64,000 bases of DNA, taken from positions 111,414,001 through 111,478,000 of the forward strand of contig NC_043003.1 in NCBI RefSeq assembly GCF_006345805.1, given 5' to 3'. Both the position numbers and the translations under genes were made by a program. This document shows positions 38,124 through 51,524 of this stretch, in pieces. Positions within the stretch are counted from its first letter, which is position 1. Every line of letters starts with the position of its first letter. Below the pieces are notes generated by a model. The model saw only the letters and a list, made by a program, of their open reading frames with translations. It searched no databases and was not told where the DNA came from. The stretch is from Octopus sinensis. Lineage: Eukaryota.

Positions 38124-38950
38124 CACCTCTGTGTGTGTGTGCGTGTGTATGCCCCATCTGTTCTCCCTCCCTCCTGTCTATTGCAGCTCTGTGATTAGTA
38201 GAAGAATAATGACTGCTATTATCATTGTTTTGCAGCGTTTTTATTGTTTAACGCAAGGCCAATTTATTTTGTGTAGAAGCTTGGTGAAAGACCTTTTTTA
38301 CTTTCCTGAATCCTTTGTATTATAGGCAGAAGACCTGAAATTTTGCGGGACGCTGTTAAATCGATTACATCGACCTCAGTCCTCAACTGGTAATTATTTC
38401 ATCGACCGCAAAATAATAAAAAGGCAAGTCGAGAACGGGGGAATTTGAACTCAGAACGTAGAAAAAGACGAGAATCCGCTAAACATTTTTATCCCACGTT
38501 GTACTGATTCTGCCAATTCGCCTTTTTGTTTCCTATTGTTTTTCTTTTCTTATTTGGGACAACAGTCCTTTATTTTGCTGCTGTTTTTAACAAAACGAGT
38601 AATTACGTACAGGCAGCTGATATTTTTCTCGGTAAAAGAAAAGAGATGCAAGTGTGTTTCATACAATGATTCATTACTCAAACGAAAAGTTTTATAAACC
38701 TCGTTTGTCTTCGTTGAATTCATGATAACCGACGTTTATTAGAAGTGTTGTGTCTCCGGAGTAATCAGCATTAGAGTATCGAACTTGTAGAGGTTTGGCT
38801 GGAAATTGATGTGAAGAATGTATGATTCTAGCATCTTAGATACAGATAATGAAAAAAAATATATAGGAATAACCGGCGGGGCCCTTAGAAATTCTAAATT
38901 CCCAAACTTAATTTTTTCTAGGCTGATGCATAAATTCTGTTGATGGATTA

Positions 38951-39390
38951 TGTCATGAATTTCACGGTAGCGGCTTGGGTTACAGAGAAGCAACGGTGAC
39001 CCAGTCGGATACGCCTGAACGAACTCGGCAGAGTCAAGTAGTCGCGTCCGGTCCAGTTGGTGAGTGAACGCAGCGCTTTTTAGATGGAAGGGTAGCTGAA
39101 AGTGACAGATTGATAGCAGGTCTGTGCTGCGCGTTACTATGGAAGAATCAGCGGGCGCGTCTTCCTCAGCCAAAGAGGGTTGGGAATCCTGAACCAACTT
39201 CTGTGATAGGGCCTGGAACCAGCCCCGTAACAGAGGAATTACAGGTAGGTAATGATAACACGCCCGCGCCGATCACATTCGTGCCTTTCGTACATACCGG
39301 CCGTCACGGCGTTCGCTAATGGCCCAGAGAAGAGGACCAAATCCGTTTGCTTCCAGAACTTTAGAAACGTAAAACTTTTATTATATGACA
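38951..39390. mobile_element. Candidate solo LTR (or small TIR element), 440 bp, GC-rich
   Basis: Termini TGTCAT...ATGACA with TA on both outer sides; the interior is markedly more GC-rich than the flanks; no clear 4-6 bp TSD. Confidence 0.45.
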
Positions 39391-39632
39391 TATATACAAG
39401 GCGGCGAGCTGACACAATCATTAACAAGCATGACAAAATAATTAGCGACATTTTGTTCATCTTAAGGCTCCGCCAGCGTCGACTTTGACTTTAATTTTTC
39501 CGGGGCCAATAAAATATGTACCAGTTGATCCCTTGGGTCGATGTAATCGACTTCTCCCTAACCATAAAATTACTAACCTTGCACCAAAGTTTGAAAATCA
39601 TATATTATATTATATATATATATATATATATC

Positions 39633-39674
<42 letters not shown>

Positions 39675-39749
39675 TGTAGAGTGCTAAGTACACATGCCTG
39701 TTAAATCTTCATTTTTGTGGTCTTGGTCAGCTTATTGTTGTCCCATGCC

Positions 39750-40120
39750 CGTTAGGAGTGTTGGGCCATCACAGCACCTACCTTGACAATGCGTATATTA
39801 AGTTCGGCATCAAGGGATAGGATGTAGGTGACGGTAGAGCCAAGATAGGTAAACTTCTCCACCTCCTGTAGTCTGTGGTTTCCAATATGTATGTTTGGGA
39901 TGTCCGATGTAGCCTGACCCATTATATTGATTTTCTTGAGGCTGATAACTAAGCCACAGTCGCAACATGCTTGCTCCAAACAGTTGATGAGACTTTGCAG
40001 AGCTTCTTCTGTGTGTGATACCAGAGCAGCATCATCGGCAAATAGCATCTCCTTGATCAGGACCCTTCTGATTTTGGTCTTGGCACGCAGACGCGAGAGA
40101 TTGAACAGAGTGTTTGTTCA
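39750..40120 (-). mobile_element. RTE-clade LINE RT fragment
   Basis: TLFNLSRLRAKTKIRRVLIKEMLFADDAALVSHTEEALQSL...GLVISLKK...VEKFTYLGST. Confidence 0.88.
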
Positions 40121-40367
40121 GGATTGGATTACACAGCCACAGAAGAAGATGTATTAGGACATGAAATGTAAAAGCCGGACTAGATTATTTTATGCGCAAC
40201 TCCATTGCTTCCCGAGACAAAAAAGGATGCCAACAACAAATATATATATATATATATATTTATAATTAATCAATATAGGGTGGCAAAAAAAATTTGTAGA
40301 ATTCTTTTTGCCACCAGCGGCCTAGTGGGAAAAAATTAAATAGTCATAGACCATTTTTAAGTTCAAC

Positions 40368-40895
40368 ATCAACAATCAAGGAACGGCCATGATAGGCCAT
40401 TCACCCACTAGAAATAACAGCCAAAGCTTTAACCGCAAATAAAGATTAATTCCGTAAACAGGAGAAAATTTAAAAAACATTTACCCTGTAATTTCTTGTA
40501 CGATGCACCGTTTCATCTGCTGTTTAATGGTAAACTAACCTGATTAAATTAAATCAAGCCAATCTTCCATAGGCCCTCAGATTCTTCAGCAAGAAATAGC
40601 CAATTCGGAACAGATATTTTCACGAGGCATTTGAATGCCTCGTGAAAATATCTGTTCCGACTTGGCTATTTCTTGGAGAATCTGAGGGCCTATGGAAGAT
40701 TGGCTTGATTTAATTTAATCAGGTTAGTTTACCATTAAACAGCATGATGATGAAACGGTGCATCGTACAAGAATTACAGGGTAAATGTTTTTTAAATTTT
40801 CTCCTGTTTACGAAATAATCTTTATTTGCGGTTAAAGCTTGGCTGTTATTTCTAGTGGGTGAATGGCCTATCATGGCCGTTCCTTGATTGTTGAT
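40368..40895. repeat. ~530-bp near-perfect palindrome (arms 40368-40631 and 40634-40895, 2-nt centre)
   Basis: Centre CACGAGGCATT-TG-AATGCCTCGTG; ends ATCAACAATCAAGGAACGGCC / GGCCGTTCCTTGATTGTTGAT; a few substitutions and small indels between arms. Confidence 0.95.
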
Positions 40896-40920
40896 ATATA
40901 TATATATATAAGGGGGGGGT

Positions 40921-41232
40921 AAAGACTCCCTTCGGTCATGAATGACCATGGGATTGCTCCTAGAAAGTTACCCTCCTGGACACAAGTCCGGGCAAGGTTG
41001 TTTATGGAAGACCAGCAGTCGCCCATGCATACCAGCCTCCCCTCTCCACGCCACCAGTGTTATACAGCTTGGCACCAGTGACGTCGCAACTCATTTCTAC
41101 AGCTGAGTGAACTGGAGCAACGTGAAATAAAGTGCCTTGCTCGAGAACACAACACGCAGCCCGGTCCGGGATTCGAGCTCACAACCTCACGATCGTAAGC
41201 TCGACGCTCTAACCACTGAGCCATGCGCCTTC
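40921..41232 (-). mobile_element. tRNA-derived SINE family C
   Basis: Minus head GGCGCATGGCTCAGTGGTTAGAGCGTCGAGC...GAGCTCGAATCCCGGACC and core GCAAGGCACTTTATTTCACGTTGCTCCAG; further copies at 48808-49030 and 49157-49470. Confidence 0.8.
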
Positions 41233-41292
<60 letters not shown>

Positions 41293-42163
41293 ATGTGTGT
41301 ATGTATGTATGTATGTATGTATGTATGTATGTATGTATGTATGTATATGTATATACTAGGAAGCGAGCTGGTAGAATATACTGCACGCCGGCAAAATACT
41401 TAGCAGTATTTCGTCCGTCTATACATTCTCCGTTCAAATTCCGGGAAAGGTGAATTTTGCCTTTCATCATTTTGGGATCGATAAAATAAATAGCAGTCAA
41501 ATATTGGTGTCGGTGTAATCGACTTCGTTTCGGGCTTTGTGCCTGTAGGGAAAAAAAATTATATTAAACATGTCCTTCCATATTCTTCCATAATTAAGAC
41601 TAATCAAATAGTAATTTTCAAACCTCTTGTCTTAATTTAATGTTGATTATGTCTTCGATCTATTTACAACTTCAGGGGTTTTGAAGCAGCTGTGCTATAG
41701 CGTGTATAAGGGCATGTGCTATAACATTTAAAATAATTGTTATCGATGTCGTGTATTGAATATTTTTTAAGATAAGGCTTTGTATTGACTGAACAATTAT
41801 AGATTCGACAGGTGTTTGTTATTAATTTGTGTCTGCTTGAATTATAACCTCAAATTTCAGCTTACAGTTTTTATCCTCTCGGCACCGATGAACTAGGGTG
41901 TTTGCTTGACCTCCATTCCTAACATATTGAAGCTTTGTGATGACGTATTAAATCAATACCTCAAAAAAAAATTAATTGAAAAGAATTAATCAGTGACTTT
42001 GAATTTGAAAGCCTCTTCACGAGGCATATGAAAGACATTTGGTTGTCCTAGACATGGACGGTTCTTTTAGAAAATTAGACGTGCAGGTTTAAATTTAAGT
42101 TGTAAATTAATTTAGTAAAATAAATAACTGAACAAGTGTGTGCGTATATATAAAAATACATAC

Positions 42164-42239
<76 letters not shown>

Positions 42240-42342
42240 GGAGTAAACGCATAAACGTGAAACAAGGTGGAAAAAAAGAGTACTCAAATACCAGGGTTAG
42301 AGTAAAATGCTTTATTTAAAAGCAGCAGAAATTAAACAAAAC

Positions 42343-42380
42343 CTGTTACTCGGAGTTTCACGTTTCCGTTCGTCGGACAG
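42343..42380 (-). ncRNA. Minimal hammerhead ribozyme (CCGACGA core variant) in a ~150-bp PLE-type 3'-end fragment (42238-42390)
   Basis: Minus strand CTGT-CCGACGA-ACG(GAAA)CGT-GAAAC(TCCGA)GTA-ACAG, then a ~105-bp tail containing AATAAA, ending in (TA)n. Confidence 0.7.
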
Positions 42381-43088
42381 TTTTGTTAATATATACATAT
42401 ATATATAGGAGTGTGTGAGTGTGTGTGAAAAGAGAGAGGGGGGAGAGACTATATGTTTATATGTGTGAGAGAGGAGACATTTAAGTTTGTGGGTATTTTA
42501 AAAGCAAATATGTATGTATGTTTATATCACTAAAATATTTTCATATATATAACATACAATAAATCATATGTCAACGTCGATTGTGTTTGTATTTCTTCGC
42601 TTTGTATCATGTAGAGATCGATAAAAGAATAACCAGTAGAGGATGAAGGACTGGAAGGAATTTGATGCTCTGTTCTGGAATTTGGCGTTCTGACAGCCAA
42701 ATTCGTAAAGATATACCGATGCGTTAATTCGCCATTGACCTTGATTTTCACTTACATGAAAGAAATTGATTACAAGTGGAGACTTGCATTAATGGGCAAC
42801 TGCTAGTTTTCACCTAAAATCAAAGATATTTTTCACCCCTGCGTCCAGATCCATAGTTTCACAGAATGTATGGATGTCCGGTATATAAATAGCAGGTACA
42901 TGATTCAGGTGGCATACGTATATAAGTGTGTATCCGTCCATCTATCCATCCATGCATTCATGCATTTATCTATCTATCTCAATATAGCTAGATGTATATT
43001 CATTTATCTATGTACCTACCTATCGATCAATCTATTTGTTTTTGCCCCATCTCTCCCCCTGTCCTCTCTAACTCTCTAACCATGCACA

Positions 43089-43174
<86 letters not shown>

Positions 43175-43305
43175 CATACACACACATACACATATATATA
43201 TATAGCTACCCAAACACGAAAACACAAAGAGAAAACACAACAATGCGAGGACGTGGAACAAGCATAGTATTATTGGACGCTCAGGAAAGAAGGATAGAAG
43301 GAGGA

Positions 43306-43338
43306 TTTAACGTTTCGAGCGGAGCTCTTCGTCAGAAA
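43306..43338 (-). ncRNA. Minimal hammerhead ribozyme in a PLE-type 3'-end fragment (~43205-43420)
   Basis: Minus strand TTT-CTGACGA-A-GAGC(TCC)GCTC-GAAAC-GTT-AAA with the self-complementary AACGTT, then a ~100-bp tail and (TA)n/(CA)n. Confidence 0.7.
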
Positions 43339-43834
43339 CATAGGAAAATAAAAGATTCAAGGAAGGGAAGACGGAGCAAAAATCGCCAACGGTACACACG
43401 TGATCACATTTTGAATACACATATATAGAGTGTCGTGGTATTTCTTCCGACATTGTGTGCTCTGAATTCAAATCCAGACGAGGTCACGTTCACCATTCAT
43501 TATTTCGGAATCCATAATAAGTTATTTGCCCATGGTGATGGATTACTTGAAACGTAAGGACCTCATGTTAAATGTTCTCACTTTTGCATCCAAAATTCAT
43601 ATCCCACTGTCGCTTACCTAGACTAGTCTTATCCTGTCACATGATTGAAGATCAACATTTGGAAGTCTAAAAGTTTTAGTGCAGTCCACTCAATTGCAAT
43701 TACCTGTAGGTGGCTCCTGGTTGAGGATAGATTCTTCCCGCCCTCTCCTCTGTCTCGGACGCACTGTTATAGGGTCATAGGCGTTGCTTTAATTCCTTAC
43801 TAAATGATAATATATATATACATATATACGTAAG

Positions 43835-43873
<39 letters not shown>

Positions 43874-44452
43874 GTATATATATATATGTATGTATATATA
43901 TATATGTGTGTATATGTATGTACTATGTAAGTATGTATGTAAGTATGTATGAATACTAGATAACAAAACGAATGGTCTATATCTGGTAGCTTACTGGTAA
44001 ACCACGATCACGTTTAGAGTGTTCGTTAGGTATTTGGTTAATGACAGACGGAAGACAGAAGATACGAGACTTTGTAATAATCACTACAATTGGGTACAGA
44101 TGTGTCTCTTCAGGTGCTAACTATATACAACCCGTTGAAATAACAGTTCTGCAATATAGCTTCTCATTCGTGTAAAGGACAACAACAAATTAAAGGATAT
44201 AAATTCATTTCTATAGAAGATCAAGGATAAGATAAAAGATACAAAAAAGAAACGAACACGCAATATAGAGAAAAACGATATTAAATATAACTGATAACGG
44301 TTATGGACGTATTAAATCCCTCGCGTAGTTTGCGTGGTGCATGTACACTCATTCATACAAGGATCCACGAAGATGTAACCATACGCACACGTGTTGTTTG
44401 GCGCACATAGTTCGAATCTTATCAGCCTTTGTATCTCTCTATTTACATGTAT

Positions 44453-44515
<63 letters not shown>

Positions 44516-44669
44516 CTTATAAATGTATTTCTCCTTTTGTTGAAATATTGCAATTGTTGTTTATATTAAATATTTGTATAAACATTAGAAAAATGATCCA
44601 TTAATTTGGATGACGAAAACATATATACTAATAGATAAACTAGTCCGCAAACAGCCGAGATCGAGCGGG

Positions 44670-44718
44670 CTTAACTGATGAGGCAACGGAAATTGCTGAA
44701 ACTGGCGTTAGTATTAAG
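44670..44718 (+). ncRNA. Hammerhead-like motif with an intact core and a defective stem I
   Basis: CTTAA-CTGATGA-GGCAA(CGGAAA)TTGCT-GAAAC(TGGC)GTT-AGTA-TTAAG; stem I pairs only across a 4-nt offset. Confidence 0.5.
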
Positions 44719-45691
44719 AATTTTCTATCGATGCTTTTCGGACGATTCAGGTCCCTGTTAATAAGGGGATATGCTGGGTAAAATCATAATTAATTGATCC
44801 TCCTTTATATTCTTTTACCAAAAGTCAGCAAACTTTTCAACAAACCCTTGTAAGTGGTACATATTTTACCGAAAATTCAAACATCATAAAAAATATGAAA
44901 ATCCCTTGTCGCTGATAATTGTAGTATCAGCAACAGCAGCTCAAGGAGTGGCTCTCTGGACAGGACAAGTGTATTAGCAGTAGTATTAGTAGTAGTAGTA
45001 GTAGTAGTAGTAGTAGGAGGAGGAGGAGGAGGAGGAGGAGGAGTATCGGTAGTAGTAGTAATTAATATGTGAGAGAGCAATTTGTAAGTTTGCCATCACG
45101 CCGTTTTCCATACAGGACGGGGTAGTACATAGTGTGATCAAGCATACGCACTCACACACGGAAAATAATATGTATCAGGCTCACAAAAATGGCATTCCAA
45201 TATTTTCCAATGCTTTGTCTCAGTAGAAAAAACAAAAACAGAATCAGGTGGGGGGTGATTTACACTAGCGGAGACCTTCTACCTGTTGCGCAGTATCCCG
45301 TCATTCTTAAGTGTGCATCAGAAATATATTCTCAAATGTTTTCTACTACTCTCTACAGCAAACACACTCACGTTCACACACACAAATGCATATGCACACT
45401 TTTATACATGTACACCACACACACACACACACACACTGACACATGTAACATGTATGTGTGCGTACATCCAAACGAAAACACGTATGATGTATGTATATAT
45501 GTGTGTGCGTGTGTGTGTCTGTGTGTTGCAGATTTATATACATACATGTTTGTATATTTATGTATGCATATATATAGAGATAGATAGATATATACATAGA
45601 TAGATGCACATATATGTAAATGTATATACACACACATGCATATATATATATATATGCATTATATGTTTGTCTATACATATATATGAACTAG

Positions 45692-45752
<61 letters not shown>

Positions 45753-45893
45753 GTGATCCCGTGACCGACCAGTCCATCAGATGTAGTTACATATCACTGG
45801 TCACAATGCGTTCGCATTGTTTTAGCCTTCGAATGACGCCACCCCGCTGGCTAAGCGAGCAGGCCAATATATATATACATATATATATATATA

Positions 45894-46026
<133 letters not shown>

Positions 46027-46114
46027 TGTATATCAAGAGATATGTAGATATGTGTATCATATAGATACGTATATGTGTATATATCATATATATATACATA
46101 TACACACACACACG

Positions 46115-46178
<64 letters not shown>

Positions 46179-46401
46179 CAGGTTACGGGAGGTAATGGTG
46201 TCATTGAAACCCAAAGGTGTCAGGTAATGCTGAATAAGTGCTATAGATAGAACATAGTTAATTTCAGGTTCGTTATGTGAACAAGGGGTTCAACGTTGGT
46301 CATATGTCAGCGTGTTTATATAAAAAAAAATTTTTGGTAATCAGATTAAATACCAAGGATGTGTAGACTACAGCCTGGTTTTTTTTTATCTCATTACGAA
46401 T

Positions 46402-46438
<37 letters not shown>

Positions 46439-46784
46439 ATATCTTTGTGTATATTTACATATAAGCATACATATGCATGTGTATGTGTGTTAGAATTTAT
46501 GCATGTATATATGTATGTATCTGTGTAGTTCTTGTACCTGAGCCTGTTTAGTGTTAGAAATCTTGCCGCGAGTTGCGACTACATATTGTGAACCTTTTCG
46601 TTTTTTTGTTGTTTTATTTGGGTTTTGTTTCCTACAGGTTAACTCCCACCGAGCAATATCTACCATCAAACGCAACCCAGCTGTGAGTAGTCCCCACCCA
46701 CATTTCTACCTATTTAATCTTCCTGTACTTTTACTCATACGCATTTATTCATTTATTATTTGTCTTGTATGTAGCTGGCAGAAT

Positions 46785-47190
46785 CGTTAGCACGCTGGGC
46801 GAAATTCTTAGCGGTAATTTTTTTTTTTGCAACTACGTTCTGAGTTCAAATTCTGCCGATGTGGACTTTTCCTTTCATCCTTTCGGGGTCGATTAAATAT
46901 GTACCCGTTACGCCTGAAGTCGATATAATATACTTAATCCGTTTGTCAGTCCCTGTTTGTCCCCTCTGTGTGTAGTCCCTTGTGGGCAGTAAAGAAATAA
47001 GAAACTTTAGCACGCCGGGGAAAATGCTTAACAGTACTTTGTCTGTCTTTACGTTCTTAGTTCAAATTCCGGCGAGGTCGATTTTTGTCTTTCATCCTCT
47101 CGAAGTCGATAAATTAAGTACCAGTTGCGCGCTGGTCGATATAACCGACTGGCCCCCTCCCCAAAAATATCGGGCCCTGTGCCGAGAGTA
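46785..47190 (+). mobile_element. SINE family A dimer
   Basis: GCTGGCAGAATCGTTAGCAC head and two GTTCAAATT..G.CGA core units. Confidence 0.75.
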
Positions 47191-47217
47191 GAATATATTA
47201 TTTTAAAGAAGTTTATG

Positions 47218-47622
47218 GAGTGGCTGTGTGGTAAGTAGCTTGTTTACCAACCACATGGTTCCGGGTTCAGTCCCACTGCGTGGCACCTTGGGCAAGAGTC
47301 TTTTACTATAGCCTCGGGCCGACCAAACCCTTGTGAGTGGATTTGGTAGAACTGAAAGAAGCCGGCCGTATATATGTGTATATATGTATATGTGTGCGTG
47401 TGTGTTTGTATGCCTGTGTTCGTCCCCTTAGCATTGCTTGACAACCGATGCTGGTGTGTTTATGTCCCCGTCACTTAGCGGTTCGGCAAAAGAGCCCGAT
47501 AGAATAAGTACTGGGTTTACAAAGAATAAGTCCCGGGGTCGATTTGCTCTACGAAAGGCGGTGCTCCGGCATGGCCGCAGTCAAATGACTGAAACAAGTA
47601 AAAGAGAAAAAGAGTAAAAGAG
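47218..47622 (+). mobile_element. tRNA-derived SINE family B
   Basis: GGAGTGGCTGTGTGGTAAG (A box), GGTTCAGTCCCAC (B box), CCTTGGGCAAG core, internal TA/TG tract and (GTAAAAGA)n tail; copies at 54006-54396 and 60277-60560. Confidence 0.85.
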
Positions 47623-49818
47623 ATAATGTGCATAACGTTGTATATCTGTCATATACATCTCTGTAGATGTTGTTGATGTTGTTGGTGGTGGTGGTTGTGG
47701 CGTTGTTAGTTTACAGGCGTGTATCAATATTTTTTAAATAGTCGTACAATCACAGTCATACAACTTAAGACGTTGCTATCTCGTTTTTCTTTCTCTTTTT
47801 GTTACGTCGTGTAAAAAGCATCCGGCACCTTTAAGGCAATGAGTTCTTACTTAAAGAATACTTAACTGTTATTTCTAGTAGTTTGAGCCACTTAATGATC
47901 GAAGCTACTAGAATTAACAGGCATGTTTGATGTAGCATCTGTTGTTGCTGCAGTTGCTTGTTTTACGGTATTGTTTCCATTTTTTTTTTTGGCTATTTTT
48001 CGTACTTTTTTTGTGATGATAGATATTTCAATCAGATCCCGTTCGTTCCTGTTCTTTGCATTTGTTGTTGTTGTTGCTGCTTATCGAATCAAACTCATCC
48101 ACGATAGCCATGTTATGAGGATGATGAGGAGGAGATCGAGGAGGAAGAAGGTGAATGAAGTGATAACGAGCAGGACGATGATGATGCTATGTGTGTGTGT
48201 GTGTTTGTGTGTGTGTTTGTGTGGTGATTATGGAATTTGTATTTTGCTTTTCATTTGTTTGTTGATATTAATGCTGTTGTTGCTATTGCTGTCATTGTTG
48301 CTGTTGCTGTTCTTTATTTTGATTTAGATGTCGTTAGATGTTGTATTTTCCGTTGGATGATTTTTGGTTGCGTGTGGTGTGTGTGTGTGTGTGTGTGTGT
48401 GTGTGCATCTGTGTAAGCCGATCGCACAGGAACAAAATCTTCGTGTGTGTGCTGCAGCTATCCGAAGCAAATATCACCAACTTTAATCGGCCGAAAATCC
48501 TAAGCACTGAAGTTAACTATCAAACAGTTATTTGTCAGCTTAATGTACGTGTGTGTGTGTATCTTTGTGAGTATATGGTGGGGTTGCTGATAAGGTTTGG
48601 GTTTTAAGGGTCTCAGGCAAGGCTTGGTTGGAGACCCAACATTTCGATTTCCTTTACAGATTAAAAAAAAAAAATGAAGGAGCGTCGTAATGAATGCATG
48701 AATCTCAGTGGGGAATATGTTGAATAAAATCATAATTAATTAATCCTCCTATATTTTCTTTTACTCAAAGCCAGGAATTTTTTAACACCACCTCGTGTGT
48801 GTATATACTCATGGGCCCGGTCTCCCGGTTTCAATGGCGTACGCGTTCCCTAGGTGGACGGGACGCTTGTCCATCGCAGCATTACTCATTTTTGCCAGCT
48901 GAGTGGACTGGAGCAACGTGAAATGAAGTGTTTTGCTCAAGAACACAACGCATCATCCGGTCCAGGAATGGAAACCACAATCTTACGATCATGATGCTGA
49001 AACCCTAACCACTAAGACGAGCGCCTCCATATGTATATATATATATACATACATATATCACACTGTTTTCAATAAAACATGTAACGCCTTTTTCAATTTG
49101 GTGACTGCCCATCTTTTTCGCTTGCTTACTTACTTACTTATATATATATATATATAGCGAGACCCCTTCGGACAAGACTGACCATTGGAGTGCACCTAGA
49201 AAGTAACCCTCCCAGGCAAAATTCCGAGCAAAGTTTGCTTATGGAAGACCACCAGTCGCCCATGCATACCACCCTCCCCTTCCACGCCACCACTGCCACC
49301 CAAGGGAAGGCAAAGTCCGATACAGCTTGGTAGCCGTGACGTCGCAAATCCTTTCTACAGCTGAGTGAACTGGAGCAACGTGAAAAAAAGTGTCCTTCTC
49401 TAGAGCACAACACGCAGCCCGGTCTAAGATTCGAACTGGTAAGTTCGACGTCTAACCACCGAGCCATGTAGCAACTATATCTGTCACTGTTTTTCTTTGT
49501 TTCTGGTACTATGTTTTCGTTATATCTTTTGAAACTGCGTGAGTGGACGAATTTTGATATAATATATTTGTGTAGTTGTGGTGTGTTACATAGAGGAGTA
49601 ATGACATACGACATGTATATATATATAGATCATACATGCATACATGCTTACCTATGTATGAATGAATGTTTATGCGTGAATGTGTGCGTATATATGTGTG
49701 TTTATTTATATATATACACATATATATATATATATATATACATGTATATAAAAATGCGTATGTATATATATATGTGTGTGTGTCTTTATATATAATACAT
49801 ATATATACGTATATATAT

Positions 49819-49865
<47 letters not shown>

Positions 49866-49884
49866 GTATATATATATGTATATA

Positions 49885-49955
<71 letters not shown>

Positions 49956-51307
49956 GTATATATATATGTATATATATATGTATATATGTATGTATGTATG
50001 TATATATATATATATAGTTGAAATTTACAGAGAAACGAAAGACGGAGAAATACAAATATTTATATATGCGACGGGTTTCTTTCAGTTTCCCTTTCCCAAA
50101 TCTACTTACTAGGCTTTTGTGAGCCCGGAACTATATAAAGCACTTGCTCAAGATACCACGCCGTGTTAATGAACCCATGCGGTTCGAAAGCAAACTTTTT
50201 TCACTCATCCGTATATATATATATATATGTATACATGTATGTATATATATAATCTCTTTCTCGCTCTACCGCTCTCCCCATTTTCTCTCTCTCTCTCTCT
50301 CGCCGTTTCTCACATTCAATAGCACACACGCGCTCGTCGGCAAGCAAACAAATACAACCACATGTATACAGATTGTTTTTACCAAAGATCAGCACATGCG
50401 GTGAATTTCGCATCTGCAATTAGAAATGCCAACCGATTCTTCCCCACCCTCAAATCACGCACTGGTTCTGGTCTCGTTACACATAAGTAAGAAAGAGGAT
50501 GGTTACACATGGAATCCGCTTGATCAATTGATCATAACCTGCCGGACCAAAATAAACCTGGTGCCAAACGACAACCTATAACTTAGCTAACGAAGCCGTG
50601 TCTCTAGGTGTGTTCGCTCGAAACAGATATAGCAGCCAGACTTTCTTCAAATCGCTATATTTTGTGTTAACTTAAGAAATTTTCATTTTATAATATATTA
50701 CCAAATACTTGACATTGAAAGACGGGATGATCTAGTTTGGCATGGCTTTGATCATAGGAAGATTGAAGGGATATGACCTAGGGCTAAGCAACAGCAGCAA
50801 CAGGATCAGCTGTAACAGTAATAACATTAGCAGCAGCGATAGCAACAAAGAATCCGCCGCCACCACCACTACGACAGCATCACCACCGCATTTTATCTTC
50901 ATCAAATCTTAATTTTTTTCTCTGGTTGCTGTTTGTTCTGCATAAGTTGATGCTGATGACGATGGAGGTTCTACAGCTGATTCGGTTGATGGTTGCGATG
51001 CTACTGCCACTGCTACTACTGCTGCTGCTGCTGTTGTTGTTGTTGCTGTTGTTGTTCGATTCTGTTGCTGTAGCTAACTGCTTGCATGTGGTTGGTGCTG
51101 ATGTTGATGTTGGTATGGATACTGTTTCCTGCTGTTGATACTACTGATTACTGCTGTTGTTTTTTACTGTCTGGCTTCTGCTGCTCTGCTTTGCTGCTGT
51201 CGCGCTTCGTTCTTTGATGGAGTTGGTTAATGCTTATACTGGCATTAAGCAGCAGCGACACCTGTAGTAGTTGCAGCAGCAGTAGCAGTAGTAGTAGTAG
51301 TAAATGC

Positions 51308-51360
<53 letters not shown>

Positions 51361-51524
51361 CAGTATTAGTAGAAGTAGTAAATGCAGTAGTATTAGTATA
51401 TAAGGTGGTTGTGTAGTTGTTGCTATTGATGTCCTCCCAGTGTAGGTGTTGTATTGGTGTGAACTCCTTGGGACTGCTATTACTGCTGCTGTTGTTGTTG
51501 ATGCCTCTACTCTTGTTATTTAAG

